Source: Ascidiella aspersa
Lineage: Eukaryota
Assembly: GCA_963924565.1 (NCBI GenBank)
Contig: OZ004615.1
Span: 8,184,001 to 8,248,000, forward strand
Direction: 5' to 3'
DNA: 64,000 nt
In this document: positions 1 to 12,200 of the stretch, one piece after another
How the letters are laid out: the number at the start of each line of letters is the position of its first letter
How positions within the stretch are numbered: the first letter of the stretch is position 1
Position numbers and translations under genes: made by a program
Notes under the pieces: generated by a model
Told to the model about the DNA's origin: nothing
Database searches by the model: none
The model's input: the letters and a program-made list of their open reading frames with translations, nothing else

Positions 1-234
1 AAGGATTGGACGAATTGTAGCCGGCGGGTTGGTTAATGGAAACCTTCATATCTGGTTTTGTGCATGTAGCTTTCGTTTCTTGGTAACCGGAGCAGAGGTT
101 TTTAAGCTCTTTCATATCATTACTACACAAACATGTGTAGTTTTTGTGACATTTTGTCTCCTCCGCCAGGGTTAGATTCTCACCGGGATAAGTGCAGCTG
201 GGTTTGGTCTCGGCAGACATGGTTTTGTTGCACT
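1..234 (-). CDS. Repeat unit 5, exon A (partial)
   Basis: Acceptor tttag|AG TGC AAC AAA; ECNKTMSAETKPSC... as in the other units. Confidence 0.9.
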
Positions 235-3200
235 CTAAACAAATATGAATAAATTATGAAATGATAACAAATAATTTCAAAGCGCTTATTCAAATATAGG
301 GAAATATATTATCCACATGGGTAAACAAACTTCAAAAATACGTTTTTTTGGCATGATACTAATGACTATGGGTCTCCGATGCTTGTCATTTTATTTAGGA
401 TACCGATATGCGATATTTTACGCAAAAAGTATCGCGATTCTTCCCAAAACCAAATGACGACATTAGTAAGGTTAAAAAAGTAAAATACAAAACTTTAAAC
501 GTACAATGCTCTTATTGTCCATGTAATTTGCTCAAAATAAACTTTTGTCTTAAAATTTAGGTACCTCTAGCTGTTTAGCTAATATCTTTTGATAAGTGAT
601 TCTTTTAATGTAAAAAGCATTGCGTTGGATTTGAAATCAAAGCTGAAATCCACAAATTAAGTTAGTATTAGTTAGGCACCGATAACACCCGAGCATCGGA
701 CGAGCACCAATAATATCACTTGGCTTTTGGCATCAGGTCTTATCCGATATTTTCGGACATCATCCCTATTAATGAATTTAGAATCCTTACCGTACGAAAG
801 ATATGGCAGTATGGATCCACAATCGACGACTTACCACATGTGTATTTTTGGCAACAAGATGTTGGATCATCGACTTCGTATGCTAATTCGCCTTCTAAAA
901 CATTACATTTGCTTTCTTGGTATTCGTCCTTCGATTGGCACACTTCAGTGGTTTTGTTGATTTTATAACAACCAAGGTTCGATAGCCGTTCGCTTGTGCA
1001 AAAATTATCTACCTGGCAATTTCCGTCTTTGCTTGTCCAGCGTGAACCAGGCTGCAAACAATTAATTGCATTAAAACTTTTGGGTTTAATAACCTAAATA
1101 GCAATTATATCATTTAAACAGGTTTCAGAATGATTGATTAAAATGATCACTTACACTCTTCAGTTCTTTATCTGCTGTAATGCAATACCGACATTCAATA
1201 GTATAGTTGGAGCAACACGACGTCTGTCCAGTTTCCAGGTTTGGCTGAAACACTTTCTCGTGACCAAGAGGTATGTTGGTGGTGTTATCACTTCTAAGAC
1301 ACAGCTTGTTTAGTTCCGTTTCGTTCTTACACTTGCATTGGAAGGTTCGCGGACAGCATTTGTTGTCCGCCGTGGTCTCCACCTTGGCGTGATAGAAATT
1401 GTTTAGTTCGGATAATAAAAATTAACATAGCACGATATAAATAAACTGTTTAAACAACCACAAAGCAATACACAAACAGTGTAGTTTGTTGAACTGAGTC
1501 AAATTAAATAAACCATGAAAAATAGTAAAATGTTCGTGAAATATAGAATGGAATAGAATTTTCACAATTTAAGTGTTTAACTTACGGTGTCTTGATATAG
1601 CGAACAACTGTCAATGCCGTCCGTTTGATTGCAAGCGCTACGATTACAAATGCACTCTATTTTAGGACAGCATCCTTCATAAAATGTCTCGTTGACGACA
1701 TTTTTTGTATACCAAACTTGACTACAAGTGGATTGAGGAAATTCTGTTTCGCATTTCGAGGAGTCACATTCGCAAACTGTTGACTTGCATCCGCATTCTT
1801 TTGGATATTCATCACTGAAAAATTGTAACAAAATATGAAATTGTAGTTTAAGTTAATGATGAAAAGTACGATATACACTCATAACATTCCTAACTAAAAA
1901 CTTTTGCCAGGAAAGTTATACATTTTGAAACTCACTTGTCAATTACTTTTGGCGACCAAGACTGTTTATCACATGTTTGGTTGGTTTCTGGGCATGAGGG
2001 GCATACGCATTTGTACTGTGGACAACATTGGTCGTCTGGGTTGGTTCTTACACGGATCATGCCTTTCACTGAGCAATTGTAATTTGTCCTGTATAAAGAA
2101 ATTAGACGTTGATTAAATACGCTAGTCACTTACAAATTTTAAATAAAATTAGAATTTCGCCGCTAAATAAACCGATAAGCTTTCGCTAAGTTTTTAATAA
2201 TCTAAATACATTACACTGTATGAACCAAAATGTTTTTCAATGTAAAGCAATTAATTATCTAAGCGTTATTCTAAAGGAAAAATGTATAATTTACTTGTAC
2301 CAATAAATTCTCAAAATACTCACCAATAATCGCAATGCTTAGACAGCATTGTGTCATTATTACACACGCATTGGAAATCATCACAGCATTGACCCGGAGG
2401 TTTTTCCGTTTTAACCGCATGTTCTATGTTAGCTAAACAACTTTTCGTTTCGTACTCTTCTAAAGGTTGGCAATTATCTTCTGTGTCGTGGATGGTTTCG
2501 ATCGAATAGCAAGAAGTCACGTCATTGACGTCGGTTTTGATAGAGGAGCATGTCTTAGTTTCCATACATCCGTTTGATTTGGCTTCGGTAAACGTATCAC
2601 CTCTGGAAATAATGTGATTCGTGCTGTTTATACAACCATTGCATGCACAGGTCCAATTACTGCAACAATCCTCTTCATTTTTTACATCCACTTTGGAATA
2701 GCCCGTCTCGCAAGATTGATTTCCAACTTTGCACTCTTGGCACACACATTTGTACGAAGGACAGCAAGGATCGGAAGCATTGTAACCAGCAACCTTGTCG
2801 ACGACCACCTCCATATCTGGTTTAGTACATTTAGCTTTCGTTTCCTGGTAGTCGGAGCAAAGGTTTTTCAAATTCTCCATGTCGGTGCTACATGTGCAGT
2901 TGTACTGAGGATAGCAACTTGTTTCAATGTTGTATTCTTGGGCTTTTTCGCCTGGATGTAGGCATTTATAAGGGGGCGAAGTTCCGCTCGTGTTGCAAAC
3001 TGCGGAGGAAAATAACGAAAACAAAAATTAAATTTTAGCATTTTCATTATATATAAACCAATATATATCTAAAATGTAGTCGTAAGATTTGTTAAAACCA
3101 TTAAAATTACCCAGTAGATAAATAAGGTATATTCAACGTTTTACATAATTAAGAAAAATATTGTGAAACTAAAATGGATTAAAAAAATCACTTGAAACTA

Positions 3201-6200
3201 ATTAACTTACCACATCGATATGTCATGCAACATCCAACTCTTCCGTTTTCCACTGCAATTTCCCCTTCTTTAACGCAATTGTTATCCTGGAAACTCTGTA
3301 ATGTCGTGCAGGTTGTGTTTTCATTAAATATTGTCATTATCAGCCGACATGAGTCATCTGACGCGGAAACTCTGTTCTTTGAGCAAGTTTTCGACAAGTG
3401 ACATTGGTCGGATGTTTCATCATACACTGTTCCAATTGGAATGTAAGTTCCGTTTTCCATTTTGCAGCTGTTGCAAACGCACGTCCAACTAGAACAGCAA
3501 TCTCCTTCGGTCTTAAGATCCTTCTCTTCGTAACCTTCTATACACGTGATGTTCTTTTCAGCACAAGTATCGCAAACACATTGGTACGATGGGCAGCAAG
3601 GATTGGACGAATTGTAGCCGGCGGGTTGGTTAATGGAAACCTTCATATTTGGTTTTGTGCATGTAGCTTTCGTTTCTTGGTAACCGGAGCAGAGGTTTTC
3701 AAGCTCTTTCATATCATTACTACACAAACATGTGTAGTTTTTGTGACATTTTGTCTCCTCCGCCAGGGTTAGATTCTCACCGGGATAAGTGCAGCTGGGT
3801 TTGGTCTCGGCAGACATGGTTTTGTTGCACTCTAAACAAATATGAATAAATTATGAAATGATAACAAATAATTTCAAAGCGCTTATTCAGATATAGGGTA
3901 ATATATTAACCACATGGGTAAACAAACGTCAAAAATACGTTTTTTTGGCATGATACTAATGACTATGGGTCTCCGATGCTTATCATTTTATTTAGGATAC
4001 CGATATGCGATATTTTACGCAAAAAGTATCGCGATTCTTCCCAAAACCAAATGACGACATTAGTAAGTTCAAAAAAGTAAAATACAAAACTTTAAACGTA
4101 CAATGCTCTTATTGTCCATGTAATTTGCTTAAAATAAACTTTTGTCTTAAAATTTAGGTACCTCTAGCCGTTTACCTAATATTTTTTGATAAGTGATTCT
4201 TTTAATGTAAAAAGCATTGCGTTGGATTTGAAATCGAGGCTGTAATGCACAAATTAAGCTAGTATTAGTTAGGCACCGATAACACCCGAGCATCGGACGA
4301 GCACCAATAATATCACTTGGCTTTTGGTATTGGATCTTATCCGATATTTTCGGACATCATCCCTATTAATGAATTTAGAATCCTTACCGTACGAAAGACA
4401 TGGCAGTATGAATCCATAATCGACGACTTACCACATGTGTATTTTTGGCAACAAGATGTTGGATCATCGACTTCGTATGCTAATTCGCCTTCTAAAACAT
4501 TACAGTTGCTTTCTTGGTATTCGTCCTTCGATTGGCACACTTCAGTGGTTTTGTTGATTTTATAACAACCAAGGTTCGATAGCCGTTCGCTTGTGCAAAA
4601 ATTATCTACCTGGCAATTTCCGTCTTTGCTTGTCCATCGTGAACCAGGCTGCAAACAATTAATTGCATTAAAACTTTTGGGTTCAATAACCTAAATAGCA
4701 ATTATTTCATTTAAACAGGTTTCAGAATGATTGATTAAAAATGATTACTTACACTCTTCAGTTCTTTATCTGCTGTAATGCAATACCGACACTCAATAGT
4801 ATAGTTGGAGCAACACGACGTCTGTCCAGTTTCCAGGTTTGGCTGAAACACTTTCTCGTGACCAAGAGGTATGTTGGTGGTGTTATCACTTCTAAGACAC
4901 AGCTTGTTTAGTTCCGTTTCGTTCTTACACTTGCATTGGAAGGTTCGCGGACAGCATTTGTTGTCCGCCGTGGTCTCCACCTTGGCGTGATAGAAATTGT
5001 TTAGTTCGGATAATAAAAATTAACATAGCACGATATAAATAAACTGTTTAAACAACCACAAAGCAAAACACAAACAGTGTTGTTTGTTGAACTGAGTCAA
5101 ATTAAAATAAACCATGAAAAAAAGTAAAATGTTCGTGAAATATAGAATGGAATAGAATTTTCACAATTTAAGTGTTTAACTTACGGTGTCTTGATATAGC
5201 GAACAACTGTCAATGCCGTCCGTTTGATTGCAAGCGCTACGATTACAAATGCACTCTATTTTAGGACAGCATCCTTCATAAAATGTCTCGTTGACGACAT
5301 TTTTTGTATACCAAACTTGACTACAAGTGGATTGAGGAAATTCTGTTTCGCATTTCGAGGAGTCACATTCGCAAACTGTTGACTTGCATCCGCATTCTTT
5401 TGGATATTCATCACTGAAAAATTGTAACAAAATATGAAATTGTAGTTTAAGTTAATGATGAAAAGTACGATATACATTCATAAGATTCCTAACTAAAAAC
5501 TTTTGCCAGGAAAGTTATACATTTTGGAACTCACTTGTCAATTACTTTTGGCGACCAAGACTGTTTATCACATGTTTGGTTGGTTTCTGGGCATGAGGGG
5601 CATACGCATTTGTACTGTGGACAACATTGGTCGTCTGGGTTGGTTCTTACACGGATCATGCCTTTCACTGAGCAATTGTAATTTGTCCTGTATAAAGAAA
5701 TTAGATGTTGATTAAATACGCTAGTCACTTACAAATTTTAAATAAAATTAGAATTTCGCCGCTAAATAAACCGATAAGCTTTCGCTAAGTTTTTAATAAT
5801 CTAAATACATTACACTGTATAAACCAAAATGTTTTTCAATGTAAAGCAATTAATTATCTAAGCGTTATTCTAAAGGAAAAATGTATAATTTACTTGTACC
5901 AATAAATTCTCAAAATACTCACCAATAATCGCAATGCTTAGACAGCATTGTGTCATTATTACACACGCATTGGAAATCATCACAGCATTGACCCGGAGGT
6001 TTTTCCGTTTTAACCGCATGTTCTATGTTAGCTAAACAACTTTTCGTTTCGTACTCTTCTAAAGGTTGGCAATTATCTTCTGTGTCGTGGATGGTTTCGA
6101 TCGAATAGCAAGAAGTCACATCATTGACGTCGGTTTTGATAGAGGAGCATGTCTTAGTTTCCATACATCCGTTTGATTTGGCTTCGGTAAACGTATCACC

Positions 6201-9200
6201 TCTGGAAATAATGTGATTCGTGCTGTTTATACAACCATTGCATGCACAGGTCCAATTACTGCAACAATCCTCTTCATTTTTTACATCCACTTTGGAATAG
6301 CCCGTTTTGCAAGATTGATTTCCAACTTTGCACTCTTGGCACACACATTTGTACGAAGGACAGCAAGGATCGGAAGCATTGTAACCAGCAACCTTGTCGA
6401 CGACCACCTCCATATCTGGTTTAGTACATTTAGCTTTCGTTTCCTGGTAGTCGGAGCAAAGGTTTTTCAAATTCTCCATGTCGGTGCTACATGTGCAGTT
6501 GTACTGAGGATAGCAACTTGTTTCAATGTTGTATTCTTGGACTTCTTCGCCTGGATGTTGACATATACGAGGGGGCGAAGTTCCGCTCGTGTTGCAAACT
6601 GCGGAGGAAAATAACGAAAACAAAAATTAAATTTTAGCATTCTCATTTTATATAAACCAATATATATATAAAATGTATAGTCATAAGATTTGTTAAAACC
6701 ATTAAAATTACCCAGTAGATAAATAAGGTATATTCAACGTTTTACATAATTAAGAAAAATATTGTGAAACTAAAATGGATTAAAAAAATCACTTGAAACT
6801 AATTAACTTACCACATCGATATGTCATGCAACATCCAACTTTTCCTTTTTCAACTGCAATTTCCCCTTTTTTAATGCAATTTTTATCCTCGAAACTCTGT
6901 AATGTCGTGCAGGTTGTGTTTTCATTATATGTGGTCTCTATCAGCCGACATGAGTCAACTGACGCGGAAACTCTGTTCTTTGAGCAAGTTTTCGACAAGC
7001 GACATTGGTCGGATGTTTCATCATACACTGTTCCAATTGGAATGTAAGTTCCGTTTTCCATTTTGCAGCTGTTGCAAACGCACGTCCAATTAGAACAGCA
7101 ATCTCCTTCGGTCTTAAGATCCTTCTCTTCGTAACCTTCCATACACGTGATGTTCTTTTCAGCACAAGTATCGCAAACACATTGGTACGATGGGCAGCAA
7201 GGATTGGACGAATTGTAGCCGGCGGGTTGGTTAATGGAAACCTTCATATCTGGTTTTGTGCATGTAGCTTTCGTTTCTTGGTAACCGGAGCAGAGGTTTT
7301 CAAGCTCTTTCATATCATTACTACACAAACATGTGTAGTTTTTGTGACATTTTGTCTCCTCCGCCAGGGTTAGATTCTCACCGGGATAAGTGCAGCTGGG
7401 TTTGGTCTCGGCAGACATGGTTTTGTTGCACTCTAAACAAATATGAATAAATTATGAAATGATAACAAATAATTTCAAAGCGCTTATTCAAATATAGGGA
7501 AATATATTATCCACATGGGTAAACAAACGTCAAAAATACGTTTTTTTGGCATGATACTAATGACTATGGGTCTCCGATGCTTGTCATTTTATTTAGGATA
7601 CCGATATGCGATATTTTACGCAAAAAGTATCGCGATTCTTCCCAAAACCAAATGACGACATTAGTAAGTTCAAAAAAGTAAAATACAAAACTTTAAACGT
7701 ACAATGCTCTTATTGTCCATGTAATTTGCTCAAAATAAACTTTTGTCTTAAAATTTAGGTACCTCTAGCTGTTTAGCTAATATCTTTTGATAAGTGATTC
7801 TTTTAATGTAAAAAGCATTGCGTTGGATTTGAAATCAAAGCTGAAATGCACAAATTAAGTTAGTATTAGTTAGGCACCGATAACACCCGAGCATCGGACG
7901 AGCACCAATAATATCACTTGGCTTTTGGTATCAGGTCTTATCCGATATTTTCGGACATCATCCCTATTAATGAATTTAGAATCCTTACCGTACGAAAGAT
8001 ATGGCAGTATGGATCCACAATCGACGACTTACCACATGTGTATTTTTGGCAACAAGATGTTGGATCATCGACTTCGTATGCTAATTCGCCTTCTAAAACA
8101 TTACAGTTGCTTTCTTGGTATTCGTCCTTCGATTGGCACACTTCAGTGGTTTTGTTGATTTTATAACAACCAAGGTTCGATAGCCGTTCGCTTGTGCAAA
8201 AATTATCTACCTGGCAATTTCCGTCTTTGCTTGTCCAGCGTGAACCAGGCTGCAAACAATTAATTGCATTAAAACTTTTGGGTTTAATAACCTAAATAGC
8301 AATTATTTCATTTAAACAGGTTTCAGAATGATTGATTAAAAATGATCACTTACACTCTTCAGTTCTTTATCTGCTGTAATGCAATACCGACATTCAATAG
8401 TATAGTTGGAGCAACACGACGTCTGTCCAGTTTCCAGGTTTGGCTGAAACACTTTCTCGTGACCAAGAGGTATGTTGGTGGTGTTATCACTTCTAAGACA
8501 CAGCTTGTTTAGTTCCGTTTCGTTCTTACACTTGCATTGGAAGGTTCGCGGACAGCATTTGTTGTCTGCCGTGGTCTCCACCTTGGCGTGATAGAAATTG
8601 TTTAGTTCGGATAATAAAAATTAACATAGCACGATATAAATAAACTGTTTAAACAACCACAAAGCAAAACACAAACAGTGTTGTTTGTTGAATTGAGTCA
8701 AATTAAAATAAACCATGAAAAAAAGTAAAATGTTCGTGAAATATAGAATGGAATAGAATTTTCACAATTTAAGTGTTTAACTTACGGTGTCTTGATATAG
8801 CGAACAACTGTCAATGCCGTCCGTTTGATTGCAAGCGCTACGATTACAAATGCACTCTATTTTAGGACAGCATCCTTCATAAAATGTCTCGTTGACGACA
8901 TTTTTTGTATACCAAACTTGACTACAAGTGGATTGAGGAAATTCTGTTTCGCATTTCGAGGAGTCACATTCGCAAACTGTTGACTTGCATCCGCACTCTT
9001 CTGGATATTCCTCACTGAAAAATTGTAACAAAATATAAAATTATAGTTTAAGTTAATGATGAACAATACGATATACACTCATAAGATTCCTAACTAAAAA
9101 CTTTTGCCAGGAAAGTTATACATTTTGGAACTCACTTGTCAATTACTTTTGGCGACCAAGACTGTTTATCACATGTTTGGTTGGTTTCTGGGCATGAGCG

Positions 9201-12200
9201 GCATACGCATTTGTACTGTGGACAACATTGGTCGTCTGGGTTGGTTCTTACACGGATCATGCCTTTCCGTGAGCAATTGTAATTTGTCCTGTATAAAGAA
9301 ATTAAACGTTGAATAAATACACTGGTCACTTAAATTTTAAGTAAAATTAGGATTTCGCCGCTAAATAAACCGATAAGCTTTTGCTAAGTTTTTAATATTC
9401 TATATACATTACACTGTATAGACTAAAATGTGTTTTTTTTGTAAAGCAATTAGTTATCTAAGCGTTATTCTAATGGAATAATATACAATTTTCTTGTACC
9501 AATAAATTCTCAAAATACTTACCAATAATCACAATGCTTAGACAACATTGTGTCATTATTACACACGCATTGGAAATCATCACAGCATTGACCCGGAGGT
9601 TTTTCCGTTTTAACCGCATGTTCTATGTTAGCTAAACAACTTTTCGTTTCGTACTCTTTTAAAGGTTGGCAATTATCTTCTGTGTCGTGGGTGGTTTTGA
9701 TCGAATAGCAAGAAGTCACATCATTGACGTCGGTTTTGATAGAGGAGCATGTCTTAGTTTCCATACATCCGTTTGATTTGGCTTCGGTAAACGTATCACC
9801 TCTGGAAATAATGTGATTCGTGCTGTTTATACAACCATTGCATGCACAGGTCCAATTACTGCAACAATCCTCTTCATTTTTTACATCCACTTTGGAATAG
9901 CCCGTTTTGCAAGATTGATTTCCAACTTTGCACTCTTGGCACACACATTTGTACGAAGGACAGCAAGGATCGGAAGCATTGTAACCAGCAACCTTGTCGA
10001 CGACCACCTCCATATCTGGTTTAGTACATTTAGCTTTCGTTTCCTGGTAGTCGGAGCAAAGGTTTTTCAAATTCTCCATGTCGGTGCTACATGTGCAGTT
10101 GTACTGAGGATAGCAACTTGTTTCAATGTTGTATTCTTGGGCTTCTTCGCCTGGATGTGGGCATTCAAGAGGGGGCGAAGTTCCGCTCGTGTTGCAAACT
10201 GCGGAGGAAAATAACGAAAACAAAAATTAAATTTTAGCATTCTCATTATATATAAACCAATATATATCTAAAATGTAGTCGTAAGATTTGTTAAAACCAT
10301 TAAAATTACCCAGTAGATAAATAAGGTATATTCAACGTTTTACATAATTAAGAAAAATATTGTGAAACTAAAATGGATTAAAAAAATCACTTGAAACTAA
10401 TTAACTTACCACATCGATATGTCATGCAACATCCAACTCTTCCGTTTTCCACTGCAATTTCCCCTTCTTTAACGCAATTGTTTTCCTGGAAACTCTGTAA
10501 TGTCGTGCAGGTTGTGTTTTCATTATATGTGGTCATTATCAGCCGACATGAGTCAACTGACGCGGAAACTCTGTTCTTTGAGCAAGTTTTCGACAAGCGA
10601 CATTGGTCGGATGTTTCATCATACACTGTTCCAATTGGAATGTAAGTTCCGTTTTCCATTTTGCAGCTGTTGCAAACGCACGTCCAATTAGAACAGCAAT
10701 CTCCTTCGGTCTTAAGATCCTTCTCTTCGTAACCTTTTTTACACGTGATGTTCTTTTCAGCACAAGTATCGCAAACACACTGGTACGATGGGCAGCAAGG
10801 ATTGGACGAATTGTAGCCGGCGGGTTGGTTAATGGAAACCTTCATATCTGGTTTTGTGCATGTAGCTTTCGTTTCCTGGTAACCGGAGCAGAGGTTTTCA
10901 AGCTCTTTCATATCATTACTACACAAACATGAGTAGTTTTTGTGACATTTTGTCTCCTCCGCCAGGGTTAGATTCTCACCGGGATAAGTGCAGCTGGGTT
11001 TGGTCTCGGCAGACATGGTTTTGTTGCACTCTAAACAAATATGAATAAATTATGAAATGATAACAAATAATTGCAAAGCGCTTATTCAAATATAGGGAAA
11101 TATATTATCCACATGGGTAAACAAACGTCAAAAATACGTTTTTTTGGCATGATACTAATGACTATGGGTCTCCGATGCTTGTCATTTTATTTAGGATACC
11201 GATATGCGATATTTTACGCAAAAAGTATCGCGATTTTTCCCAAAACCAAATGACGACATTAGTAAGTTCAAAAAAGTAAAATACAAAACTTTAAACGTAC
11301 AATGCTCTTATTGTCCATGTAATTTGCTTAAAACAAAGTTTTGTCTTAAAATTTAGGTACCTCTAGCTGTTTACCTAATATTTTTTGATAAACGATTCTT
11401 TTAATGTAAAAAGCATTGCGTTGGATTTGAAATCGAGGCTGAAATGCACAAATTAAGTTAGTATTAGTTGGGCACCGATAACACCCGAGCATCGGACGAG
11501 CACCAAGAGTATCACTTGGCTTTTGATATCGGATCTTATCCGATATTTTCGGACTGAATCCCTATTAATGAATTTAGAATCCTTACCGTACGAAAGACAT
11601 GGCAGTATGGATCCATAATCGACGACTTACCACATGTGTATTTTTGGCAACAAGATGTTGGATCATCGACTTCGTATGCTAATTCGCCTTCTAAAACATT
11701 ACAGTTGCTTTCTTGGTATTCGTCCTTCGATTGGCACACTTCAGTGGTTTTGTTGATTTTATAACAACCAAGGTTCGATAGCCGTTCGCTTGTGCAAAAA
11801 TTATCTACCTGGCAATTTCCGTCTTTGCTTGTCCATCGTGAACCAGGCTGCAAACAATTAATTGCATTAAAACTTTTGGGTTCAATAACCTAAATAGCAA
11901 TTATTTCATTTAAACAGGTTTCAGAATGATTGATTAAAAATGATTACTTACACTCTTCAGTTCTTTATCTGCTGTAATGCAATACCGACACTCAATAGTA
12001 TAGTTGGAGCAACACGACGTCTGTCCAGTTTCCAGGTTTGGCTGAAACACTTTCTCGTGACCAAGAGGTATGTTGGTGGTGTTATCACTTCTAAGACACA
12101 GCTTGTTAAGTTCCGTTTCGTTTTTACACTTGCATTGGAAGGTTCGCGGACAGCATTTGTTGTCCGCCGTGGTCTCCACCTTGGCGTGATAGAAATTGTT

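Noticed and set aside
673-768. ccgat-rich MITE-like remnant in each F-A intron
   Set aside because: Could not define TIRs or a TSD with confidence.
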